A stretch of DNA of 64,000 nt from Octopus sinensis (Eukaryota): contig NC_043019.1 in the NCBI RefSeq assembly GCF_006345805.1, positions 1,426,001 to 1,490,000 on the forward strand, in the 5' to 3' direction. Every line of letters begins with the position of its first letter. The first letter of the stretch is position 1. A program made the position numbers and the translations under genes. Shown here piece by piece: positions 38,226 to 52,464 of the stretch. The notes under the pieces were generated by a model. That model was not told the DNA's origin, made no database searches, and saw only the letters and a list, made by a program, of their open reading frames with translations.

Positions 38226-38936
38226 TTGTTGTTGTTGTTGTTGTTGTTTTTGTTGTATTCGTTTAACCCTGAAACATATTTTGCGATAACCAGGACATTT
38301 TTATATCCCTAGATGCAAATTCTCATCTAGCAATTTCTCATTTATTTGTGTTCTATTGCTCCCTCGACGATGTGTAACATTAAGTTTAGGATGGATTGCC
38401 ATTCGTAGATATTTGACATTACACACGTGTTTTCTTTTTTCGTTTGTTTGATTGTTTGTTCGTTCATTTGTTTCTTCCTTTTTGTTGCTATCGATTTTAT
38501 CTATTTTAACCTGTCTGCAGATCTGGTACGAAATAAGAAACATTGCGACACGTAATATACTGAAATGCCTGAGGCTAATGATGGTAAATGTCCCTCTGGA
38601 TTATCCTGCCTTAACGACAACTATCGATTTATGAATAAAAGAGTAGGCATTACAACACACCAGACGTACTGTGCACGACAGTTTGTATTCTTTTTCCTTT
38701 ATACATATATTTATATGTTTATATTTTCATTCTGATCAAGGACCGCATATGTTTTACAATTATTCTGTTATTAATCTTAATTAAGATTTTGTCCATGATT
38801 AACATTCACTTTCTCTCCCATAACATATTCTGGTTTCTAAATAAATGCGATGTAGTTGTTGTTAAGAAGATTGTTTTGAGACCAACTACTTTCGGTTTCC
38901 GTCCCACTGTACGGCAACTTGTGCACACACACACAC

Positions 38937-39007
<71 letters not shown>

Positions 39008-39050
39008 TCCTTTATATATATATATATATAATATATATATATAAAGGAAT

Positions 39051-39284
39051 AAGGCGGCGAGCTGGCAGAAACGTTAGGACGCCGGGCGAAATACTTAGTG
39101 GTATTTCGTCTGCCGTTACGTTCTGTGTTCAAATTCCACCGAGGTCGACTTTGCCTTTCATCCTTTCGGGATCGATAAATAAAGTACCATTTACGCACTG
39201 GGATCGATGTCATCGACTTAATCCCTTTGTCTGACCTTGTTTGCCCCCTCTATGTTTAGTCCCTTGTGGGCAATAAAGAAATAA
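39051..39284 (+). mobile_element. SINE family B, monomeric
   Basis: AAGGCGGCGAGCTGGCAGAAACGTTAG...CCTTGTGGGCAATAAAGAAAT. Confidence 0.9.
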
Positions 39285-39825
39285 TATATATATATATTTA
39301 TATATAGTAATACAAAAAATGGAACAAGAACGCAAAACATCCGTGCAACATTTATATTCCTCACCATACCTGGTACGCCTTATGTCCCTGCCGTAAGGCT
39401 TCACTTCCACACACGCCAGCTTAATTTAATTTGTCCTTATTCGAAAGACACCCGCTGTTACGTCCTGTTATTTGCATTTGTATTTGTGTAACATTCTCCG
39501 TTTTTTCCGCCTTTGTTTTCGTATACATCCGCTGCTTTATTCCAAGGAATCTAGTGCTGTTAGCTTACTTTTTCCTTGGGGTTGGCTAGATTGGAGCAAT
39601 CTAGAGGATAACATGCCGAAATTGCAAATATATTCTGGAACTCGACTGAAGAAAGGAAACCTGTGTTTTTTCTTGTCCCATTTTTTGTATACCTTTTTAT
39701 ATACATGCTGCAATGTTGCATCGTACGTACAATTTGGCCCACTATATACATATATCGACTAAAGGCGGTGCTCCAGCATGACCGCAGTCAAAATGACTGA
39801 AACAAGTAAAAGAGAGTAAAAGAGA

Positions 39826-39882
<57 letters not shown>

Positions 39883-39897
39883 TGTCTGTGTCTGTGT

Positions 39898-39929
<32 letters not shown>

Positions 39930-40288
39930 CCATATATATGCAAGTATTGATATATATATATATATTCTTGTTTGTGTGTGTATGGATACTAATCTCTCCC
40001 CACCCGAAGTGAGAAGCTGGGTTTACGGTAATGTTTATATGCGTCCATTACTGGTTTCACATTCTTGACAAATTTTCGCACTCTCCATCTAACAACATTA
40101 AAACGTTTACGTAATTCCGACTGCAAAGAAACAGCTGTCGCGCCTGAGATTCCCTGATCGCTCCACTTAGATTTCTGTATCTTTGTACTCTCTGCAATCA
40201 GTTCTTTAATGCATCGATAAACGAGTTAATTTATTCCCGGAGAACGCTCATAAAGCGAAAACTCGTAAAGCAGAACGATAATTTACCA

Positions 40289-40687
40289 TACTCTCTTTTA
40301 CTCTTTTACTCTTTTACTTGTTTCAGTCATTTGACTGCGGCCATGCTGGAGCACCGCCTTTAGTCGAGCAAATCGACCCCGGGACTTATTCTTTGTAAGC
40401 CCAGTACTTATTCTATCGGTATCTTTTGCCAAACCGCTAAGTGACGGGGACGTAAACACACCAGCATCGGTTGTCAAGCAATGCTAGGGGGACAAACACA
40501 AACGCACAAACTTATATATATATACATATATATACAACAGGCTTCTTTCAGTTTCCGTCAACCAAATCCACTCACAAGTCATTGGTCGACCCGGGGCTAT
40601 AGCAGAAAACACTTGCCCAAGATGCCACACAGTGGGACTGAACCCGGAACCATGTGGTTGGTTAGCAAGCTACTTACCACACAGCCA
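40289..40687 (-). mobile_element. SINE family A, near full length (a tail-only fragment at 39766-39826 on +)
   Basis: Homologous to the other family A copies. Confidence 0.9.
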
Positions 40688-41441
40688 ATATTACCATAGT
40701 AGTAATATTATAAATAATAACTCGTTCTCAGAAAGATTTTTACGTATAAAGGTTATAATATTCGTAAATGAATAGCAATAAAACAGCAGTTGAACGTAAA
40801 GAATATTTTATGTAAAGTAAAAAAGAAAAATGTGGAGATCATTTATAATAAAAAATATTATTATTATAATCGTTTTCTGAATCACTTTCACTCATACTAG
40901 ACTCATGAACACAACCACTTGTAGATGCTATCACCGATTAAGAAGTACGCGTATGTTTGTATGTGCGTGAATTTCTACCTAATCATATATATTTTTTCAT
41001 AAAAATATTAATGTATAAATATATATTTAAAGGGTAGAAAGTGACTTTATTTATTTTCTGCAATTACTTGAATATGTTTCTTGAATTACTTTTCCTTGGC
41101 CGTTAATTTAATGCATGCTCATTGATTACATTCATTGGAGAATATTTGCGTATTTATCCTATTTTAAGCAACTTCTTTTAGATATAATATTTCTTTACGT
41201 AGACGTAATTCTATTGCTTTCATTTGGTTTAAGTTTTACAAATTTTAAAATTATCGGAGTAAGTGATATTTTTAATACCTTTCAGCTCACGACTGAATCC
41301 CATTGCCAATTTTATTTGATACACATACGCCAACACACTCTGCCCTCTCTCTATATATATCTATGTATGTATATATATATATATATATATATCTATATAT
41401 ATATATATATATATATTTGTATATATATATATATATATATA

Positions 41442-41480
<39 letters not shown>

Positions 41481-41486
41481 ATATAT

Positions 41487-41524
<38 letters not shown>

Positions 41525-41944
41525 CACGTGTGTTTATAGGATCTTATTATCGTGAAAGAGGGAACGAAATTACGTCTTCCGTAACTTCAATTCCTGGAAT
41601 TAATTTATTATATTTAATTGGGAAACATTTTAAAGATAAAATGAAAATATTTATAGATATCATCCTTTTCCTTCAGCGATATTATTACGGATTATATTAA
41701 ACATAATAATTTCCCTTTTATTACCAATATATCTCATGTAATTATGATGACATACAATTTAATATGAATTTTCTATTTCACTCCACAGGTGGAACGTTGT
41801 CAGAAATGTTCGCTGAATAAAATTCCTAGCAATATATAAGTATCACCCTTTCTTATCTATATTAAAGCTCTATCGAGGTTAAAGCTGCCTTCATACTTTC
41901 GTGGTCAATAAAATAATGCAGTACTTATGTCTTAAGTTTAATTT

Positions 41945-42277
41945 AATGGACCGTGTCTTTCCGCAAAGTTTGAGGTCTGTGCATTAGGCAAGAATCTGGG
42001 ACTGGAATATGTTGAATGAAATCATAATTAACTGTTCCTCCTTTATTTTCTTTTACCAAAAGCCAGGTAGTTTCCAGTACCTCTCGTATATTCGGACTGA
42101 GAATCTTACTGAATTCATCGCTATTGTACATCCCCCAGAAGCGATTAGGAACTCTAAAAGACTGCTACAATAAGTGTGTGAATCTGAGAGGGGAATATGT
42201 TGAATGAAATCATGATTAACTGATCCTCCTGTATTTTCTTTTCCCAAAGCCAGAACCTTTTCAGCACCCCCTCATAT
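41945..42277 (+). mobile_element. Two tandem mariner 3'-end fragments with TIRs
   Basis: CYNKCVNLRG/EYVE* (typical mariner C-terminus) followed by ...CCTTTTCAGCACCCCCTCATA; a second similar end at 42006-42090. Confidence 0.7.
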
Positions 42278-43708
42278 ATACGTATATATGTGTGTGATGG
42301 GAGAGATGGTGTGAGAAAAAGTTTGTTAGTGAGAGAGGGAGAGAAAGAGAGAGAATGTATGTTGTAACGCTATTGTTGGGCCTTATCTGCCTAAGCCGCT
42401 AGGAAAGAGACGTCAATAGGAACGCTTCCATGGGAGCCCTATACATCACTTGTGTCATCACCAAAAACAAGGACTAAAAGCTTAGTGATGTTGGAATAAT
42501 TTTAAACTGCTTTATAAAGGAGAATTTCTTTTAGATATTCGTGAACATGTAATTGTATTTCTTGTTAAACTGTTTTTGAATCTTAAGAATACAAGTTGAC
42601 TTGTTTCATGAATATTTTGAGAATCAGAAAAAATCTTTAAAAAAGTAGTTTTGCTGCTTAGTAAAATTCAAAGTAGTTTCTGTATAACTATCCCATTGTA
42701 GATACCTTAAAAATCGCCTACGTGTTTGATCGATAAACGGTGTATTCACAGCACTAATTAAGTAAAAAAAAAAAGAAATTACACGTTATATATCTTATAG
42801 TATACACGTGTAATTTTGCTATTTTTACATATTTCGGAGTCATCCTTATCTTTCATAGCACTCGAGTTTCGAAATATCACATAAAAATTCAATCGTTTGC
42901 TTGCGTAGCTCTTTAGGAGCGCCCGAGAACTTTAACCAAATCAGATTGAAATGCTAATTTGAGCTTCAAGTCATTTTTTTTTTCAAATTCAATATCATTT
43001 TCTTTTCTTTTGCTGTTTGCTATCATTTCTTTCAATTAATGATTCTATAAAAAGCAAAGTAATCTGTAAATAATTCCCATGAACAGTCCTGTGCAGCAGT
43101 AATGTTTGTTTTGTAAGCTGAGAATGAAAATATCAGGATATTTGCCTTGCAAAGAAATATTTTAAGTGATATCTCTTTGATATAATATTTCAAAAATATC
43201 AGGATATTCTGATCTGGCAGAGCTGTTAGAGTGAGAACAAAATTATTTACAATATTTTTAACGGCTTTCTGCGCACTGAGTTCAAATGCTCTTGAGATTA
43301 ACTTGGTGGTTCATTATTTTGAGGTTATTTGAATAACCTCCCTGTCAATCTAGAACAGGGGACAGTGTTGTTTTGAGATATTTTTAATTGAATACATTCT
43401 ATTCCAAGTATTCTTCCTAAATTAAATGATAAATTCCTTCTTTAATCTCATTAGTGTCTGAAACCGGAACAAAGAAACAATTGTGAACTCTGCTCTTTAT
43501 AACCAAATGTTAGAAATATCCTCGTTTGTTAGTGCAAAGTGTTGATGTAACTTCGAAACAAGATTTGCCCTTGCAAACGTAAGGTTTCGATAAACATTTG
43601 CCATTGTGACCTACACATTGCACTGGAATGGTACGGTCAATCCACACTAAATACTTCCCCATACAAGTTATGGAACCGTATTTTACTTAATCGAATGCAG
43701 TTTACAAT

Positions 43709-44121
43709 ACTCTTTACTCTTTTACTCTTTTACTTGTTTCAGTCATTTGACTGCGGCCATGCTGGAGCACCGCCTTTAGTCGAGGGACTTATTCTTTGTA
43801 AGCCCAGTACTTATTCTATCGGTCTCTTTTGCCGAACCGCTAGGTGACGGGGACGCAAACACACCAGCATCGGTTGTCAAACAATGCTAGGGGGACAAAC
43901 ACAAACGCACAAACTTATATATATATACATATATATATACATATATATACATATATACGACAGGCTTCTTTCAGTTTCCGTCTACCAAATCCACTCACAA
44001 TGCATTGGTCGAACCGAGGCTATAGCAGAAGACACCTGCCCAAGATGCCACGGAGTGGGACTGAACCCAGAACCATGTGGTTGGTAAGCAAGCTACTTAC
44101 CACACAGCCACTCCTGCGTCT
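43709..44121 (-). mobile_element. SINE family A, full length
   Basis: Homologous to the other family A copies; internal (TA)n. Confidence 0.9.
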
Positions 44122-44408
44122 AGTAACAATAGTTAAAATTTTAATCATGTTAACACTTAACACTTTTAATGCAGCGGTTATTCTGCTGCAGAGCACAATA
44201 ACAGTATTCGTTTTTAAAGAAATAAGTATACACACATCATTTCACAATTGCGCCTTCACACAGGCGCATTAAACAAGCGGAATTCGGTCAAGCCTAACGT
44301 ATTGAAGCGTTCACTCCTGCGTCCTAAATGACAGTATGTTGTGTTAAGGCCAAGGATCATAGTAGCAATCAGAATTATTAGCTTTGGTACGAAGGTGAAG
44401 TATACATG

Positions 44409-44734
44409 TGTGGAGGCTTAGTGGTTAGGGCATTCGGCTCACGATCGCAACGTCGAGAGTTCAATTCCCGGCGACGCGTTGTGTCCTTGAGCAAGACACT
44501 TAATTTCACGTTACTCCAGTCCAACCAGCTCCCTGAGAACTATGTTAAGGGTACACGCGTCAGTGGTGTGCTCAGCCAATTACACGTTAATTTCACGTTA
44601 CTCCAGTCCAACCAGCTCCCTGATAACTATGTTAAGGGTACACGCGTCAGTGGTGTGCTCAGCCAATTGCACGTTAATTTCCCTAGCAACTGTTCCGTTG
44701 ATCGTATCAGCTGCGACTCTCGTGGTCGTGCTCC
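44409..44734 (+). mobile_element. SINE family D (tRNA head, CORE-like block, family-C-like tail) with an 87-bp internal duplication
   Basis: Head GGAGGCTTAGTGGTTAGGG..GAGTTCAATTCCC; GTGTCCTTGAGCAAGACACTT; duplicated units at 44500-44586 and 44587-44673. Confidence 0.8.
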
Positions 44735-45540
44735 TATACTACATATCCTGAAAGGTTTTTTTTTCTTTTTAATGTTATTGCCTGACATCTATCTTTCTGC
44801 TATGTTGATTGCTAATTCATGAATTCGATCAAAGATCCATTTATTTATACTTATCAAGGCCTAAGTACCATATTCTTTCGTATGTTCAGCATCATTCAGT
44901 GCCTTATATTTTGGCATGTTACTCACAGCACGTATTTGTTGCAACGATGTTATATTTCTCACGTTTAAACATTGCTTCGATAGGTTAAATTTTCAGAAAT
45001 ATCATTCAACGTTTTGAGACTTAGTTTTTTACTAATTTAGCATATTTCTGCTCCTTGTGAGTAACCGAATAGTGAATTAAATTACATTGTTTACAGCTAT
45101 TATTGTAAAATCACTTTGCATGCAAGTCGTTGTATCATTAGCAGAAGCATTTTAAAATTACAACTCCTATTCATCATAAAAAATTCTGTTTTCCTTCCTT
45201 TGGTGTTCTGTAAATAGACGTTTTGGACATGGTGCAATAAAATATGAGGCAGGCAACACGAAACTCTCGGAAGGGGCGAAACTGCCTACGACACACTCTG
45301 CATCAAATTACCAACTGACATCAGATAAACGAACCACAAAGTGAGCGTTGCCAAATACATGTTACATTATATATTTGACACGACTTCTCATATTTTTACG
45401 TTGCACATGAAATTTATACAACTGCAGCAAAAACTCAAACGGGAAATTCTGTTTCTATGGATACTTCTATCACAATTGACAACAATTACAATGAATAAAT
45501 ACATAATTGCGTAGTTAATAGAAAAATAATTAATGCAATA

Positions 45541-45775
45541 TACTCTGTTACTCTCTTTACTTGTTTCAGTCATTTGAATGTGACCATGCTGGAGCACCAC
45601 CTTTAGTCGAGCAAATCGACCCCTGGACTTATTCTTTGTAAGCCTAGTACTTATTCTATCGGTCTCTTTTGCCGAACCGCTAAGTTACGGGGACGTAAAC
45701 ACACCAGCATCGGTTGTCAAGCTATGCTGGGGGTGACAAACACAGACACACAAACATATGCACAAACACACATAT

Positions 45776-45806
<31 letters not shown>

Positions 45807-45982
45807 TATGCATATATACGGCGGGCTTCTTTCAGTTTACGTCTAACAAATCCACTCAGAAGGCTTTGGTCGGCCCGAGGCTATATTAGAAGGCACTTGC
45901 CCAAGGAGCCATGCAATTGGACTGAATCTGGAACCATTTGGTTGGTAAGCAAGCTACTTACCACACAGCCACTCCTACGCCT
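45541..45982 (-). mobile_element. SINE family A, full length
   Basis: Homologous to the other family A copies. Confidence 0.9.
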
Positions 45983-46214
45983 ATACCAAAATTTTCGTTA
46001 AAGACACCCTTAGGTTCATCAAAAGATGGAGACAAAAGTTAATATCACATGACAACTAGATCTGCTACAAATACCAAGGAAATGTCTCTCAAATAGCATC
46101 AAACTTCTTAAAGTGGGAAATATCCACCAGATAAGACAATTACGGTAAAGAGGTTCATGCTGGGAGGTTTCTAACCAAATTGGGTTTCACCTAGGCGAAA
46201 CAACCAAAGCAATT

Positions 46215-46436
46215 TAATATTGGTTTTAGATTTTGGTACACGGCCAGCCAGTCCGAGGAAGGATGTAATCGATTATGTCCACCTCAGTTCTCTACAGGTA
46301 CTTATTCTCTCGACCCCGAACGGATGAAAGCCAAAATCAACCTCGAGAGGAATTTGAATTCAGAACGTAAAGACGGACTAAACGCACGAAGGTATTTCAT
46401 CCGGCGGGTTAACGACTCTGCCAGCTCGCCGCCATC
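46215..46436 (-). mobile_element. Diverged SINE family B
   Basis: CGACCCCGAACGGATGAAAGCCAAAATCAACCTCG..GAATTTGAATTCAGAACG...CAGCTCGCCGCC. Confidence 0.8.
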
Positions 46437-47145
46437 TAGGACAGATTTAATATTAAAGTGAAGACTATAAAATCAATTGAATGTCTTCTTGAATTGAATC
46501 AATGAATTCGAAAGTCGTTTATTAAATCTTCTTTCAATATATTTATAATTAATTTTCAGATATCAGCTATTTATTTATCACCTTCTTCGTTACACACGAC
46601 TGACAGATAATTCCGAGGATTTAAAAGCAATATTACAGATAGTTTCTGGTACTATTATCGATAACAAAATGAGGATGAATTGAACATTTTTGGCGTGTCG
46701 GTCTCATGAATCAATACAATTCATAATTTTAGACCACGCTTAATATTTGAATCCGATTATTTCGCATTCTATATGATGTTGGTTGCAATCACTTATTAAG
46801 ATTTTCGTATGTTCTTCCTGATTTCATATATAAGAATGATAAATCAAACTGGAAATATCTTTATGACCGAAACGGTAATAAAAATTCATATAGGCTTTCA
46901 ACAAATCGTGTAGCCGTAAAATATTGCCCCAAAGGAATGGCGTTGTAAAACAACAATTTACTGTAGATGTCTGTAGCAAATACATCAGCCGACAGTAAGA
47001 AACGTCATAGCAATATTTCAAATCCTTCATATTGATTTACTTCTCGTTTAAAAAGATACTCTCAATGTAAATAAACAAATAAAAATATAATATTCTGTTC
47101 GTTAATATCCTAACTTGTCTTGATGTACAGAATTCATATCGTTAC

Positions 47146-47258
47146 GTGACATATTTCTGATTTATCTTTATTTTCAATGATATTTATCCCTCTCCCTTTC
47201 TTCCTTGTGTAGCTCTTCCCTTCTTCGTTTCTATTCCCATATTCACCATAGAATTCAG
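47146..47258 (-). CDS. Candidate internal exon, 113 nt
   Basis: TTTACAG|...open frame EFYGEYGNRNEEGKSYTRKKGRGINIIENKDKSEICH|GTAACG; no homology recognised. Confidence 0.15.
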
Positions 47259-48789
47259 CTGTAAATATATAAAACAAATAATAAATAAAATGTAATCCTT
47301 GATTATTTTGTAAGCATCGTATCATCAGCGTTTGCATTTGAAACATAGTTCCACATTTGGAATCGGATTCTAAATCATATATATTTGACAGTAGTTTGAT
47401 GAAAGAAAACTATGTTTTCGAAAACGGAATGAAAACGCCATTATGAAAATTAGAAGCCTGCCGACAAATACAAATAACAATCTCTTTAGATATCACAATG
47501 GTAATAAAATATATCTGTGTTTATTGATGGCAGGAAGTAAAAACAAGATGCGCAGCCAACACAAAACAATAAACATAGATTCAGAATAAGGTTAGAGACA
47601 TCGCTGTCAACAGAACAACACTGCATGTGCCTTGAATGCCGTTGCTCACTTATCACATTATTTATTCTATATCCTCGGTGGTATATCGACAAAACACTGA
47701 AAGGATGCCTGGCGATAACTAGTTAAGTGTTGTTATACGATGAGTTCAATTCTCACCAGGAAAAAACGATTTAATTTTTTATAAAAATGAAAGAAATAAG
47801 AACCAATAAACTACGGTGATCAAGTTAAGCTACTTTGCCAAGAGACAAAATGTGTGTTCTTGCTACACGTTTTGAAAGTATTATTAATAGACATACCATG
47901 CACATACTGAGATCCTTCTTATTACAAGGTTAATCAAGCCGTAGCATTAAATAATAATAAAAATATTTTTAAAAAGTGAACATTAGTAATTGAGTTGCGC
48001 AAGTGGACCCTATGGTCGGGATGAAAATAGCTACGTCAGCATCAAGCAGTAATCAGGAATAAAGGAACATTAAGTTAGAATATGTTTGTGACATATTCTA
48101 AATTCTTAAGGCGAATTCACAACAGTTACTGTCGGGGAAAAACTTTTTTTTAAATCATTGACATTTAGGGTAAGAAGTGTAACAGCACCATATCTGGCCC
48201 CACATATTAACTTTACATATTTGTTTGAAATTTTGCTTAAAGCTACGGATTTGAATCTACGCAGGGTTATCGCTCTTCGGTATTTTCCTTTGTGGAAGGC
48301 TAAAGATCTAGAAAGGCGAGTCTAGGAATCCTCCAGAGGGAAGCAATGATCAGATATGGTGTTTTGTAAATTTTACTACGAGAAAGAATAATTTCTCCAC
48401 GGCAACCACAGAGAATTTGTCTTTAGCAGTAAGAATATAGCACAAACGCATATTAACATATTACTAATCTCAAGCTGCTATACTGACCAAGCAGTCGAAT
48501 AGCGCACCTCAGTCACTGATAACGTTGAATGATCTGTACTTAAGGTTGCGACTATGAATCTGCTTAGGGTTATCTCTCTTCGGTATTTCCCACTAAGATA
48601 TGCTTAAGAGCTAAAGTTGCAGGCTTGAGGATAAGCTAGACGGAATCACTGGGAAAATATGGTGTTTTTACAACTTTTATCGTTGTGGGAAAACATTTTT
48701 TGTATAGTATCTACCTTGAATTTCCTTTTAGACATTAAACATATCTTAAGTGACCTAATGTTTATAATGTTGCTTTAAATAATAAAAGA

Positions 48790-48824
<35 letters not shown>

Positions 48825-48826
48825 AA

Positions 48827-49095
48827 GGAGCACTCTGTTGGTTACTACGAAGAGGGGGTCTCAGCTGATACGATCAATGGAACAGCTGCTCGTGAAATTA
48901 ACGTGCAAGTGACTGAGCAATCCACAGGCATGTGTACCCCTAACGTAGTTCTCAGAGAGATTCAGCGTAACAAAGGGTGTGACAAGGCCGGCCCTTTGAA
49001 ATACAGGTACAGCTCATTTTTGCCAGCTGAGAGGACTGTAGTAACATGAAATAAAATGTCTTGCTCGAGGACACAACGCGTCGCCTGCAAACCGT
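48827..49095 (-). mobile_element. SINE family D, 5'-damaged
   Basis: Shares the family C tail (GAAATTAACGTGCAAG..AACGTAGTTCTC..GGCCCTTTGAAATACAGG) and the CORE-like block GTCTTGCTCGAGGACACAACGCGTCGCC. Confidence 0.8.
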
Positions 49096-49552
49096 TAACT
49101 GATATAATTTATACATAAGGGACATAATATACAAATGTTAGAGCCCTTAGAATACATTTTTTTTAGTTAGAGACTTGCAGCCTTTTATACAACATGAGGA
49201 AATTGAACACCTATTTTGTATGTCTTTACTTATCTCGGAACAGATTCTACTTTCATATAATTATTAATTTAATTGATTAATTTTCTGAGGGTCTGAATTC
49301 AAACAGCTGTTTGTCGATTTCTTAAATTGACTAATAATAATTTATTAATTAACTCTCTATTCACTCATATTATTATAATAAATAGAATATTTATAAACCA
49401 GGGTTTATATGGTTACCTTGCAGCTGAGAATTAAATATAATGTTCAATACTTTGTATAGGTATCCAACCAGTACTTTCATAGGGTTTTGCTATCCTTGAA
49501 TGTGGTTTGTAACCTTTAATTGTGCTTCTGTTACATATACATGCATACATAC

Positions 49553-49586
<34 letters not shown>

Positions 49587-51004
49587 ATGCATATATGTAT
49601 GTATACGTATGTATATATGTATATATATATAAATATATGTGTGTGTGTTTGATGGTACCTAGGTTATGAAGGACACTATCTTGTTTTGTTCATCCTTGTT
49701 TATATTCTAAGAAGCAGGACTTGTACGTATGTATGTACTTAAGTATATATATTTTTAAGTATGTATATTTATATATTTAAGTGTCTATGTATAGGAGTTC
49801 CGATGCCCAAACACTTAATATACTATGGCAAATCGAGCGCAGAATAAAGTGTAAAAAGCGTCTAACACTTTACACTGCTAAAATAGAAAGAAAGAGCGAT
49901 ATGATCAAATATTTGAAAAAATAAATGGTTACAATGTGTCTTGGTAAAAAAGAAAATTTGTTGAACTGCAGAAGTTTTCTGAAGAGATATGAAAAAGTGT
50001 GTAGTGTGAATGAATTTAGCTAAAGAAACTTAGGGAGAATAGTTAATATAAATTTCTGTAAAATATGTTACCCATATGCACTTGTATGTTTTATGATATT
50101 TACTGTATGTAAGTACATAGAAGTCAGCAAAATCATAAGTTCAACTAGATATGAAGAGACCAGAGAGAGAGAGAGAGAGAGAGCAGGTAACACAACAAAT
50201 TTTAACTTGTCAGATCTCTACCCCTGCTGTTAACTTAACCCACCACCTGGGTCTTCGAGCAAAACGAAATTAAATAGTTTTGTTTACTGCTTAAGTGTAA
50301 CGATTACAAGCAAACTAATGGACAGAATCTGATGCATTTTTTTTCTTTCTACATGTGTTTTTCTGTACTGCTTTACCGGGAATGCGGCAGCGATGAGGTT
50401 TAACGTATTCTTGCTACAGCGGGCGAAGAGACCTGAACAAGGAAGATAGTCAATAGTTTGAGATACAAATGCCGTGAAAAGCATGTTACGAGGCGTTGAT
50501 TTAAAAGAAAGTATACCGACCGTGAAGGAAAAGATGTGTGTACAGATTTTATTACATGATTTCTCTGCGGGGATTGAAAGATCATGATGAGAGTAGCTTC
50601 TAGAAATCGTAGGCAGAATATTTGGGCAATTGTGGAGAACACATACAATGATTACGATCGTAGAAAAAAGTGTAACCGAATTCATGGGAAGAATAAAATA
50701 CAGATGAAAATTATGCAGATGTACTTAGTTTCGCAGAAACGCAGTGAGATATACTTTAAAACTGCAGACGTGCACACTCTCTCTCTCTCTCCCTCTTGCA
50801 CATACACACACAAGCACCAAAACATACACAAACATAAATATATATGTATGTATTTATATATGTACGTATATAAGTATTCTTTTGAGGATATGGGCATACA
50901 TGAGTGAGTGTGTGTGCTGGCGTGCTGTTGCTTGTCTGCATTCGGGTTTTCTGCTCCAGCCTGGCCGCAGCTGCATAGCTGAAACGAACAAACAAAAAAA
51001 ATAT

Positions 51005-51205
51005 TGGTTTCAAATTTTACCACAAGGGCAGCGATTTCGAAGTTCCGATCCTCAATTGCATTAGCCCCAATGCTCAACTGGTGCTTATTCTATCGACCGT
51101 GGAGGATAAAAGGCAAAGTCGAAACCCAGTGGAATTTGAACTCAGAATATAGAGGGACGAAATACTGTTAAGCCTTTTACTCGGCGTGCTAACGATTGTA
51201 CCAGT
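51005..51205 (-). mobile_element. Diverged SINE family B
   Basis: CCCCAATGCTCAACTGGTGCTTATTCTATCGACC..AAAGGCAAAGTCGA..GGAATTTGAACTCAGA. Confidence 0.75.
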
Positions 51206-52464
51206 TTAATAAGTAAGTACTCTTCAATTCTAACGTACGGAAATTAAGAAACGTGGCTATAGACTTTCTAATCGATGGTTTTTTTTCTTCTTAACCATCC
51301 ACAAGTAGAAGTGATATTCTTAATTAAGGCGGTTTGTAGAATGCGAAAGTAAATTTTGATTTATGCTTGCAAGAATGAACTCCGACTTAATTATTCAGTA
51401 AGGTCAATATTACTGCCAACTTATCCAAAGGGTAAAGATTCTATGAAGGTTTAGCCCTTCGTAGCCTTTGGGGGAAGAAGTAATTTTGAATATATGGTCG
51501 ATGCACTCAATATTCAACTAAACATATTTCGATCAAATGGTCATGAAGAAATGTCTGCATTGTTACAGTAATTGTAAATGTTGCTAAATTCTCATCACTG
51601 AAGAACCCTTGTCATTTACTCTTGCTGTGCAAATCTATCGAATCTACAATCTCTTGTTTTACATGATGGAATCTTGCAGCCAGATCAATGTTTAATTAAC
51701 GTCAATTATTGTTACTAGATTTCGATTCCCTTCGATTCACCTTAAAACTATTTTAAGCCTATTTTGCTTTATATTTGCTTTACTTGTTTTATGTATTGAT
51801 TTTCCAATAAATACTAAATTTAAATTAGGTTTCTTTTACCACACTAAAAATTTCATACTTTTTCAGAATTCCATGAAGTTATATTATTGTTTATTAAATT
51901 TGTTTGCATCAATTGTGATCTCCAATAGAGTTTTGAAACCAACGTCGTTATATTTCGGAAGAGGTATTTTAATAAATCAAATAAAAGTATTCGCTGTTGT
52001 TTTTTCACCTATAATTTATATTTCCTCGCAACGGTTTTTGTCCATTACTATTCCTTAATTTTTCCAATACATTTTTCGCGGCAGTAAAATATTTAGCACA
52101 TATTTCATTACGCGTTTTGCGGCATTTTGCGAGAGTCATTATGACAATAATAAACACAGGCACTGGTTCAATTTTTATTCGTCCCACAGAGAAGCAATCA
52201 ATCAGTTTTTTGTATTCCTTTTCTATTTGGACCCAAATACTTTCGTTGCCTTTCGCGAACTCATCAATGGCATACACATTCTTCTGTTCGTAACCTATTT
52301 TTCTAGCACATATATCGAATTATGCATTTATTATTATTCACTTTTATCAGTTATTGAACTACGGCCCTGCTGGGATACCGATTTGAAGGGGTTTAGTCGA
52401 ACAAACTAAACTCGTTCAATATTTAAGAGATGAGGAGTTATGTACATTCTTATATTATTTACAG

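Noticed and set aside
48185-48361. CACCATATCTG inverted pair and a miR-29-like seed
   Set aside because: Only an 11-bp match 150 bp apart and no pre-miRNA hairpin; no conserved mature miRNA was recognised anywhere in the window.
50284-50685. 133-aa minus-strand ORF with a vague GPCR TM6/TM7 look
   Set aside because: No diagnostic CWxP or NPxxY motif, a stop lies just upstream, and the hydrophobicity is explained by AT-rich composition.
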